Positions 8,212 to 16,262 of a stretch of DNA of 46,731 bases are shown one piece after another. The stretch spans positions 1 to 46,731 of the IMG/VR virus record IMGVR_UViG_3300046009_004019; one strand, 5' to 3'. This DNA is from a virus. Lineage: Duplodnaviria; Caudoviricetes. Each line of letters starts with the position of its first letter. Position 1 is the stretch's first letter. A model generated the notes under the pieces. It saw nothing but the letters and a program-made list of their open reading frames with translations. It had not been told where the DNA came from and did no database searches. Position numbers and translations under genes: made by a program.

Positions 8212-10523
8212 TGCCGCTGTCCAAGGTTGTATTTAAGCCGGGTGTTAACCGAGAGACCACGAACTACGCCAACGAAGGTGGGTTCTTCTCGGTAGACAAG
8301 GTCCGGTTCCGGGGCGGGTATGCCCAGAAGATTGGCGGCTGGGTTAATCAGAGTTCCAACGGAGGATCATTTGAAGGCGTACCCCGTTCACTGTGGAACT
8401 GGGTGGCTATTGCTGGCCAGAACCTGTTGGGCGTTGGAACCAACCAGAAATACTATGTAGAACTGGGTGGCACTTACAACGACATTACCCCTCTCGCCAG
8501 CACGGTCAGCCTGACTCTGAATCCGTTCACGACCACCTCTGGTAGTCGGAGCATTGTTGTCAGATCAACTGCTCACGGAACCACTATCGGTTCTTATGTG
8601 ACATTTACTGGTGCCAGTTCCTTTGTTGTTGGTGCATCGACCCTGTTGGTCAATGGCCAGTACGAAGTTATTTCGGTTCCCGGTTCAGATACTTTTACTA
8701 TCTTCGGCCCATCTATTGCCGCTTCGACTGTAACCGGCGGTGGTTCCCACGTCATAGCCGCTTATCAGATTGATGCAGGTCCAGCCGTTTACACGACTCA
8801 GGTTGGCTGGGGTGGTCCTCCTTGGGGTTTTGGAGGTTGGGGGTCATCTGACCCACAAGGTGTTCCATTGCGCCTTTGGTCCCAGTTCAACTTTGGAGAT
8901 GACCTGATATTCGCTGAACGGCGCGGGTCAATCTATTACTGGACCATTGACACCACGACATGGGCTAGAGCCACGACTTTGGCTGACAAAGCCGACAGCA
9001 TTACCAAGTTTTCGACAGTGGCCACAGCAGCCTCTGGCGCAACCACTATTGTCGTAGCCGATGCGACTGGCATTAACACCGGATCGGTAGTATCTGGTAG
9101 CGGTATTGCTGCTGGAACCTATGTCACTACGTCATGGACCGGTGGACAGTCTGTCACTATCTCTGCAGCCACTACGTCTTCATTGACGCTGACTGCTGTT
9201 GATTTCAGTTACGCCGGTCGGCATGTTCCACCGCAAACCAACTTAGTGATCGGTTCTCCGCTGAACGATTTCACCATCGCTCTGGGTTCCAATCCATACA
9301 GCCCGGTGGATTTCACGACTGACTTTGATCCGCTGTTGGTTCGTTGGTCAGACCAAGAGAATCCATGGGAATGGGTTCCCGAAGTCACCAACCAATCTGG
9401 TGAGCGTCGCATATCCAGTGGATCTGAAATCGTTGCAGGTATCTCAACTCGTCAGGAAATCTTGGTGCTGACTGATACTGCTGTGTTCTCCATGCAGTAT
9501 CTGGGTCCGCCGTTTGTCTGGGGATTCAATCTCCTCGACCAAGACATTTCCATTGCGTCCCAGAACGCGATTGCATCCATCAACAACACCGTTTACTGGA
9601 TGGGAACCGATAAGTTCTTCGTCTACAACGGTCGCGTTGACACACTGCCTTGCACCATTCGACAGCACATCTTTAGCAACCTGAACCAAGATCAGATTGC
9701 TCAGGTGACCTGCGGTAACAACGAGGCGTTCAGTGAGGTGTGGTGGTTCTATCCATCCACCAATAGTTACGTCAATGACAGTTTCGCGGTGTTCAACTAC
9801 CTTGAAGGTGTCTGGACATACGGTAGTTTAAACCGCTCTGCATTTGCTCCTCAGACCATCCGCAAGTACGCGATGATGGCCTTTGGTATTCAGACTAGTT
9901 ATCTGGATACCGCTATCAATTCTTCTATCACGACTATCTCTCTCGTCAATGCATCGTCCTATCCCAATTCTGGAATCGTTCAGATCGATTCAGAGAAGAT
10001 CAGTTATACCGGTCTTAGTGGTAATACTCTTACCGGTTGTGTTCGCGGTGTTGGCGGTACAACTGCTGCTTCGCACACCATCGATACTGAGGTCTCGTTT
10101 GTCGCGCCGAATCAGGTGATGTTCCACGAAGTCGGCTGGGACGATGTTTCGACGGGAACCCCTGAGCCAATTGAATGCTTCATTCAGACTTCTGATTTTG
10201 ACATTGGAGACGGCGAGTCATTCCAGTTCCTTTCTCAGATCATCCCTGATGTGAAGTTCCTTGAGTCGGACACGGTAAGGAACCCAAACCCGTCTGTAAC
10301 GCTGGCTCTATATCCCAGAAACTATCCGGGTTCTCTGTATGGTGATCCGGATACAGGTGCTGTTACCGCGACGGTAGTTCTCCCTGTGGAGCAATACACC
10401 ACACAGGTCTACACCCGTGTTCGCGCAAGACAGATTGCGTTCCGAATTGCATCCACCGCACTGGGTGTGGCATGGCAGATGGGTGCGATGAGATTCGACA
10501 TTCGCCCGGATGGTAAACGGTAA
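8208..10523 (+). CDS. Tail nozzle / head-closure (tail tubular B / stabilisation-like) protein
   Basis: 771 aa, MPL.K..FKPG.NRE.T.Y..EGG....KVRFR N-terminus, propeller-like VRWSDQE, YWMG...F.VYNG and EVWWFYP motifs, C-terminal R.DIRPDG.R. Located just before the ejection genes. Confidence 0.7.
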   Translation: MMPLSKVVFKPGVNRETTNYANEGGFFSVDKVRFRGGYAQKIGGWVNQSSNGGSFEGVPRSLWNWVAIAGQNLLGVGTNQKYYVELGGTYNDITPLASTVSLTLNPFTTTSGSRSIVVRSTAHGTTIGSYVTFTGASSFVVGASTLLVNGQYEVISVPGSDTFTIFGPSIAASTVTGGGSHVIAAYQIDAGPAVYTTQVGWGGPPWGFGGWGSSDPQGVPLRLWSQFNFGDDLIFAERRGSIYYWTIDTTTWARATTLADKADSITKFSTVATAASGATTIVVADATGINTGSVVSGSGIAAGTYVTTSWTGGQSVTISAATTSSLTLTAVDFSYAGRHVPPQTNLVIGSPLNDFTIALGSNPYSPVDFTTDFDPLLVRWSDQENPWEWVPEVTNQSGERRISSGSEIVAGISTRQEILVLTDTAVFSMQYLGPPFVWGFNLLDQDISIASQNAIASINNTVYWMGTDKFFVYNGRVDTLPCTIRQHIFSNLNQDQIAQVTCGNNEAFSEVWWFYPSTNSYVNDSFAVFNYLEGVWTYGSLNRSAFAPQTIRKYAMMAFGIQTSYLDTAINSSITTISLVNASSYPNSGIVQIDSEKISYTGLSGNTLTGCVRGVGGTTAASHTIDTEVSFVAPNQVMFHEVGWDDVSTGTPEPIECFIQTSDFDIGDGESFQFLSQIIPDVKFLESDTVRNPNPSVTLALYPRNYPGSLYGDPDTGAVTATVVLPVEQYTTQVYTRVRARQIAFRIASTALGVAWQMGAMRFDIRPDGKR

Positions 10524-11122
10524 TGGGCGCACCTCGCGGACTAGCCCCTCCAAACCTTCCGGTCGCTGCTGAAAAATACGAGCGGCGATATCAGGATCAG
10601 TTCGCGAATGTGTTACGACTGTACTTTGCAGCCGTTTCAAACCGGCTGACATCACCTACAGCGCATGCCTCGTATTTCGACACCACTACCCAGACCAATC
10701 CGGTAGCGGATACTGTCAACCTGTTTACCTTTAACTCAGTTGAATCTGAGTTCCAGATTAAACGGGGTGTTCCCACATCCAAGATCTACGTCAATGACAC
10801 TGGTGTCTATAACTTCCAGTTCTCGGCACAGTTAGATAAGTCAGGTGGATCTGCCAGCGCCGTTTACATTTGGCCAAGAATTAACGGGGTCAATGTTTCA
10901 GATTCGGCTACCAAGATTGTTATTGACGGGCCAAACAATGAGATCGTCCCTGCGTGGAACTTCCTCCTAGTGATGGAGGGAGGAGACTATTTTGAACTGG
11001 CTTGGCAATCATCTGATACGGCAGTAATTGCTCCTTACTCAGCCCCAAGTGGGAACATCCCCGGTATTCCGTCCATCATCTTGACGGTCAACTGGGTGTC
11101 CAATTATGAGGCTAACGAGTGA
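10523..11122 (+). CDS. Putative small tail protein with C1q-like C-terminal domain
   Basis: PPNLP.A...Y....QDQF.NVLRLYF N-terminus and a GVYNFQFSAQL...GDYFELAW beta-sandwich pattern. Confidence 0.55.
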   Translation: MGAPRGLAPPNLPVAAEKYERRYQDQFANVLRLYFAAVSNRLTSPTAHASYFDTTTQTNPVADTVNLFTFNSVESEFQIKRGVPTSKIYVNDTGVYNFQFSAQLDKSGGSASAVYIWPRINGVNVSDSATKIVIDGPNNEIVPAWNFLLVMEGGDYFELAWQSSDTAVIAPYSAPSGNIPGIPSIILTVNWVSNYEANE

Positions 11123-11127
11123 TCTCA

Positions 11128-11156
11128 TTGAAATTTAAACGCTGTTACACCAGAAT
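11128..11156 (+). promoter_or_regulatory. Possible sigma70 promoter for the ejection-protein cluster
   Basis: TTGAAA-N17-CAGAAT in a 72-nt intergenic gap; ATTTAAAC overlaps the -35/spacer. Confidence 0.4.
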
Positions 11157-11194
11157 CGCGGGAACCGTGGCTCCCAGCAATCATAGGAGTTGCC

Positions 11195-12655
11195 ATGAAT
11201 AACATGCCATATCAGGGAGTTGCGAACGAACTTGCCAAGTACGGCAGATTCGGAGATTCTCAGTTAGTACATATGAACCCGATTGAGGTTCAGATGCTGG
11301 GGTCTTTGTCCCCCACCGGACAACTCACGATTAACCCGGTTACCGGTCAGCCTGAGGCGTTCCTTCCCTTCCTCGCCCCATTGCTTGGATCGTTCTTGGG
11401 AAGCAGCCTTTTAGGCGGTTCCACACTTGGCGGACTACTAACCACTGGCCTTAGTAAGGCAGCGGCAGGGGCCATTGGGTCTGGTCTTGCCACTACCGCA
11501 GCCACAGGCGATCTTAAGGAAGGCATCCTCTCTGGCATCACCGGTTTTGGTTTAGGCAAAGTCTTTGGCGCTATGGGCGGCGCAGACAAACTGGCTGGCG
11601 CTGCTGGATCAACGCCGACACCAGCCAATGTGGAAGGATTCTTCTCCCCGACTGGCGGCGGTGCCGCGCTTAATCAGGCTACCACTGCGACTGCTCCCAT
11701 CCTTGCTGGCGCTCCAACTTCCGCCCCTGTTGGTGGATTCTTTTCGCCAACTGGCGGGGCTGCTGCATTTAACCCGGTTAATGCGGCTCAGTCTGCAGCA
11801 GGCGCTGGTCCGGGTGGCATGAACTTTTCGGCTGGGCTTGAAGAACTGATGAAGCCCGGTACTTTCCTTCCCATCTATGCGGGAACCAGTGTCACTGAAG
11901 GCATTCGTCAGCAAGAAGAACTGGATCGCATCATGAAAGAGCAGGGACTCAGCGAGGAAGAAGCCAAGCGTAAGTACGAGGGAGATGCTCGTCGCGCTAT
12001 TGAAACCGCACAGCGGTTGTACCCGCAGATGCGTCCTCCCACTGGAATGGCGGCAGGCGGTCAAGTCGAAGGCTACTTCGACGGCGGCATGTTTACCGAT
12101 ATGCAATATCGTGGTCCCTTTGCCAATATGCAATCTAGTGGGCCAGATTCCGGCTTCTACGACACCGTATACGGTCGTAGCAGTCCGTCTGACATCCAAG
12201 GCCGACTCCGTGGAAACATCAGCGTTGCTGCCCCGTATGCCAGTTATGGCGCACTGGATGTAGGCGGTCGCGGATATCTTCCGGGTATCGCCCCGGAGTT
12301 CCAATACTTCCGTCAGCCTGAAGAAATCTATCCGCAGGCTCCGTCCATGCCCGGTGGCAAGGGGTCAGGTGGTCGTCGTGGCGGCAATTACGGCGGCTAT
12401 AACAGCATGCCCGGTGGTAAGGGTGGCGGCTATGGTGGTGGCTACGGCAACCAGTTCGGCGGCGGTTACGACTATGGGAACCCCTTCGGTGGTGGCTACG
12501 GCGGCGGCTATGGAAGCATGCCGGGCGGCAAGGGCGGTGGCTATAACACTGGTTATGGTGGCGGCTACGGCAATACGTTTGACCGATACAGCCAGCCTTA
12601 CAGCAACTATGGTGGAAGTTCCTTCGGTAACTTCAACCAGATCATGCCGTTTTGA
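11195..12655 (+). CDS. Internal virion (ejection-type) protein with G/Y-rich low-complexity C-terminus
   Basis: GRFGDSQLVHMNP.E...TINPVTG.PEAF motif, a Gly/Ala/Leu hydrophobic segment, and a SMPGGKG/GGGYG repeat tail. AGGAG RBS. Confidence 0.65.
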   Translation: MNNMPYQGVANELAKYGRFGDSQLVHMNPIEVQMLGSLSPTGQLTINPVTGQPEAFLPFLAPLLGSFLGSSLLGGSTLGGLLTTGLSKAAAGAIGSGLATTAATGDLKEGILSGITGFGLGKVFGAMGGADKLAGAAGSTPTPANVEGFFSPTGGGAALNQATTATAPILAGAPTSAPVGGFFSPTGGAAAFNPVNAAQSAAGAGPGGMNFSAGLEELMKPGTFLPIYAGTSVTEGIRQQEELDRIMKEQGLSEEEAKRKYEGDARRAIETAQRLYPQMRPPTGMAAGGQVEGYFDGGMFTDMQYRGPFANMQSSGPDSGFYDTVYGRSSPSDIQGRLRGNISVAAPYASYGALDVGGRGYLPGIAPEFQYFRQPEEIYPQAPSMPGGKGSGGRRGGNYGGYNSMPGGKGGGYGGGYGNQFGGGYDYGNPFGGGYGGGYGSMPGGKGGGYNTGYGGGYGNTFDRYSQPYSNYGGSSFGNFNQIMPF

Positions 12656-12664
12656 GGTACTGAC

Positions 12665-14191
12665 ATGAGTATGGGAAATAGAGCCAGTGCGCCTCCGAGT
12701 AAGGGAGGTGCTGTTCCGCCAACTAATCCTCAGGTGCCAAATCCTTATGGAGATCAGGGGTATCAGCCTCCGCAGCGATACTCCAACGACTACTTCCGCT
12801 ATCAACAAAGTGGAGAGCCGTTTAACCAGCCTGTAATGGGATATGGAACCTACGGTCAGATCTTTACTCCGCCTCCCCAGCGATTCCAACCTCAACCCAT
12901 AATGGGAGGTAAAGGTGGTATGGGGTATCGCCCATCTCCTCCAGTTCCGCCACCGGGTGGCAAAGGCGGTGGCATGAGCGATATGCAGTATCGTGGGCCG
13001 CAACAACCGCCAACCATAGGTGGCAAGGGTCAGCCGCAAAACCAAGGCCCATTCATGTCTTATCCGGGCGGTAGTGGTTATGGTGGTCTTACAGCAAGGC
13101 CGGGTAGCGGCCCTCCTCGCGTACCACGGACTCGTCAGTTAGGTTTGAATGAGCCTACTGGTCCGGGTCCAATGGATGTGCAGACGAATCCTTCTCCGCC
13201 CTTGATTACAGGCGGGGTTCCACAGGAATACGCCTATCCCACTAATCAGCAATCTATAATCATGCCGGGGCAGCAGGCTGCTCCTGCCACTACGGACGTT
13301 GGCATTAACCAAAGAAACCCTGCGTATCAACAGCAGCAAGCAGCCTCCAACATGAGTCCTTATCAAAGACTCATGATGCAAGATCAAATGCGCGACCAGT
13401 TCGGGTCAAATGATCTGGGTCTTGGTCTTGGCCCTATGCGAATGCCCAAGGCTAGTGACTTAGAGATCGCTAGATCATTAGGGTACACCGGAGGCCCCGG
13501 ACCTATTAGAGACATGCGGGCTAGGTTGCCTGAAGAATATGAGCGGGAAAACCAAGAAAATAATCGTCTTGCCAGAGATTATTTAAACAGCATTGGTTAC
13601 GGTCAGTCTGGTTTTGATTCTTCTAAATATGAAGTTAGGCCCACTCGCTCTGGGCCAATAAACTTTGGTGGCCTTGCTGCAGGCTTGGCTTTCCAAGAAG
13701 GCGGCGAAATTCCAAACTCCGCCCAAAACATGGAAATGATGTTGTCTGAAGCAGGCCCTGCTAATCCTCAGGCTGAAATGTCTGGCGAATATGACCGGCT
13801 TATTCAGATGACGATGCAGGCAGTGCTGGGTCAGGTTGAACAACCGGATGAAATCATCCAGATGTTCATCGATGAGTTCGGCGTGGATGCCTTCCGTCAG
13901 TTGCGTGATGCGGTCCTCAAGCAACAAGTTCCCAACGCCCAGACCGAAGGCATGGTCGATGGCAACGGCGGTGGCATGGATGATCAGGTGATGGGCATGA
14001 TCGGCGCACAGCGTCCGGTTGCCGTATCGCCCGGTGAGTACATCATCCCGGCTGATGTCGTGTCAGGCTTAGGCGATGGTAGTTCCAAGTCCGGTGCTGA
14101 CATCCTTGATGAACTGAGCCAAGCCGTTCGCATGACTCGCACGGGAACCACTGAGCAGCCCCGTCCCTTGATGGAGACGCTTAGTCAATGA
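12665..14191 (+). CDS. Internal virion protein, P/Q/G-rich with conserved C-terminal GEYIIPADVV motif
   Basis: Low-complexity N-terminus. C-terminal GMDD.V...I....PVAVSPGEYIIPADVVSGLGDGSS..GA..L motif, similar to that in tape-measure and ejection proteins. Confidence 0.6.
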   Translation: MSMGNRASAPPSKGGAVPPTNPQVPNPYGDQGYQPPQRYSNDYFRYQQSGEPFNQPVMGYGTYGQIFTPPPQRFQPQPIMGGKGGMGYRPSPPVPPPGGKGGGMSDMQYRGPQQPPTIGGKGQPQNQGPFMSYPGGSGYGGLTARPGSGPPRVPRTRQLGLNEPTGPGPMDVQTNPSPPLITGGVPQEYAYPTNQQSIIMPGQQAAPATTDVGINQRNPAYQQQQAASNMSPYQRLMMQDQMRDQFGSNDLGLGLGPMRMPKASDLEIARSLGYTGGPGPIRDMRARLPEEYERENQENNRLARDYLNSIGYGQSGFDSSKYEVRPTRSGPINFGGLAAGLAFQEGGEIPNSAQNMEMMLSEAGPANPQAEMSGEYDRLIQMTMQAVLGQVEQPDEIIQMFIDEFGVDAFRQLRDAVLKQQVPNAQTEGMVDGNGGGMDDQVMGMIGAQRPVAVSPGEYIIPADVVSGLGDGSSKSGADILDELSQAVRMTRTGTTEQPRPLMETLSQ

Positions 14192-14634
14192 ACGCTGCCG
14201 TTCAGGAAATGCAGACCTATGTGTCGCTAATTCCGTCAGCGCACATTGAGTATGCTTGGGCCGCCTTGGCTCCTATGCTGGAACCGGCTGTGGAGCGGTC
14301 TCATGGTCGTTGGACTATGGACCACATCATGGAATGGGCTATTCGAAACGAGAAACAGATTTGGATTGTGTTTGACGAGGACAAGACGATTCATTGTGTA
14401 GCCGTCACACAGAATGTCATCTACCCTACCAGCAAAATGCTCTCCATCGAATTTCTCGGTGGCGCTGGTTTGGATAAATGGGCATTTAAACTTCTTGATG
14501 TCCTGAACAATTGGGCGAAGGACAGCGGATGCAACGGTATCGAAGCCACCGCAAGGATCGGCTTCTGGAAATGGCTTGAGAAAGACGGTTTCGATAAAGC
14601 CTATACGGTGTTCGAAAAGAGGTTTGAACAATGA
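14188..14634 (+). CDS. GNAT-fold acetyltransferase-like virion assembly protein
   Basis: 148 aa, L.I.FLGG.GL..W...L..WAK..GC..IE...R.G.W.KWL...GF, typical of GNAT-like genes in podovirus ejection clusters. Confidence 0.7.
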   Translation: MNAAVQEMQTYVSLIPSAHIEYAWAALAPMLEPAVERSHGRWTMDHIMEWAIRNEKQIWIVFDEDKTIHCVAVTQNVIYPTSKMLSIEFLGGAGLDKWAFKLLDVLNNWAKDSGCNGIEATARIGFWKWLEKDGFDKAYTVFEKRFEQ

Positions 14635-16262
14635 GTAAGGGTAGTAAAGCGCCGTCCGGTACACAGAAGGTTGAACAAACAACTACCAGCCTTCCTCCCT
14701 ACGCTGAACCGTATTTTCGATCAGCCCTTGAACGAGGCATGTTCGAAAGTGCGCGTCCCTATGAACCGTTCTTGGGACAGCGCCTTGCACAGTTCGCCCC
14801 AGAAGAGACCTTTGCTCAGCGTCAAATCATGGGGCTGGGTCGCCCGACCCAGATCAACGAAGCGACTGACATCTTCCGTCAGATCGGTGGCATGCCGACT
14901 GGTGGCGGAGCGCAGATCGCGGGTCAGTTTAATCCGCAAGCCATCAGCCCGACTTATCGCGGCAGAGAGTTCCAAACTGGGTACGATCCAAGACAGTTCC
15001 AGTCTGGATATACCGCAGGCGGAATAGGTGATCTTTATCAGGCGGGAACTTATACCCCCGGATACACCCCCGGTCAGATCACCTCCGGCTATCAAGCCGG
15101 TCAGTTTGATCCCGGTTATCAGGCTGGTCGCCTTGGTGCGACATTCGAAGCCGGTAGCCTTGCTGCTCCGGGTGCCATCGAACAGTACATGTCTCCGTAC
15201 CAGCGCATGGTTACGGACGTGGAGAAACAGGCGGCTACCCGTGCCTCGCAGATGCAGGCTCAGGAGACCGGCGCTGCAGCAGCCCGTGCGGGAGCCAAGG
15301 GCGGTACTCGCGAGGCGTTACTTGAGGCTGAACGCCAGAAGAATCTGAGCGGACAGTTGGCGGGTATCGAAGCCCGTGGCGCACAGTCTGCCTTTGAACA
15401 GGCTCAGAGAGCCTTTGAAGCAGATCGTGCTGCCCGGTTGCAGCAGGGTCAATTCGGAGTCACTTCATTTCAAGCGCAAGAAGCAGCACGTCAGCGTCAG
15501 GCTGAAATGGGCTTTAGCGCACAGCAGGCTGGGGAACAAGCACGTCAAGAAGCAGCCCGTATGGGTATGACTGCCCAGCAGCAGAATCAAGCAGCATTGC
15601 AGGCGGCTGAAGAGTTCCGTTTGCGTGGCTTCCAAGCCGTTGAAGCGGCGCGTCAGCAGCAAACTCAGTTTGGTTTGGCTGGGTTCCAAGCCCAAGAAGG
15701 CGCTCGTCAACAGCAGCAGCAGTTGCAGTTCCAAGCGCAGAATGCGGCGGAACAAGCGCGACAAGAAGCGGCCCGTATGGGGCTAACAGCACAGCAGCAG
15801 AGCGATGCTGCCAACCGTGCTGCACAAGAGTTCTTGTCTCGTTCGCAAGAGTTCAACATCGAACAGCAGCGTCAGAGAGCGTTGCTCGGATTCCAAGGTA
15901 TGGAAGCCGACCGCGCTGGAATGGAGCAGCGACTTCGTGCCGCAGAACTTCTGCGTGGAACCGGTGGCATGCAGCAAGAATTGGATCTGCAAAGACTGCA
16001 GGCTCAGTTGGGTATCGGCGGACAGCGCCGCGATCTCATGCAGCGTGGCTTGGATATCGGCTACGAAGACTTCATGCGTCAGCAGGCGTTCCCGAGAGAG
16101 CAGTTGGCGTTCCTCAGCAACCTGTTGCAGGGTGTTCCGGTTCAACCGGGTTCCACCACCGCAAGTTTCGGACGTGTTCCGACACCGACCCAACAATTGC
16201 TTGGCGCGGGTCTGGGTGCTGCGGGTCTTTATAGAACCCTTGGCGGAGGACAACCGGGATGA
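14631..16262 (+). CDS. DNA ejection / pilot protein
   Basis: TTSLPPYAEPY N-terminus, YMSPYQ..V.D and GA.GG.R motifs, Q/A-rich helical repeats, and a C-terminal LLGAGLGAAGLY hydrophobic segment. Confidence 0.7.
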   Translation: MSKGSKAPSGTQKVEQTTTSLPPYAEPYFRSALERGMFESARPYEPFLGQRLAQFAPEETFAQRQIMGLGRPTQINEATDIFRQIGGMPTGGGAQIAGQFNPQAISPTYRGREFQTGYDPRQFQSGYTAGGIGDLYQAGTYTPGYTPGQITSGYQAGQFDPGYQAGRLGATFEAGSLAAPGAIEQYMSPYQRMVTDVEKQAATRASQMQAQETGAAAARAGAKGGTREALLEAERQKNLSGQLAGIEARGAQSAFEQAQRAFEADRAARLQQGQFGVTSFQAQEAARQRQAEMGFSAQQAGEQARQEAARMGMTAQQQNQAALQAAEEFRLRGFQAVEAARQQQTQFGLAGFQAQEGARQQQQQLQFQAQNAAEQARQEAARMGLTAQQQSDAANRAAQEFLSRSQEFNIEQQRQRALLGFQGMEADRAGMEQRLRAAELLRGTGGMQQELDLQRLQAQLGIGGQRRDLMQRGLDIGYEDFMRQQAFPREQLAFLSNLLQGVPVQPGSTTASFGRVPTPTQQLLGAGLGAAGLYRTLGGGQPG

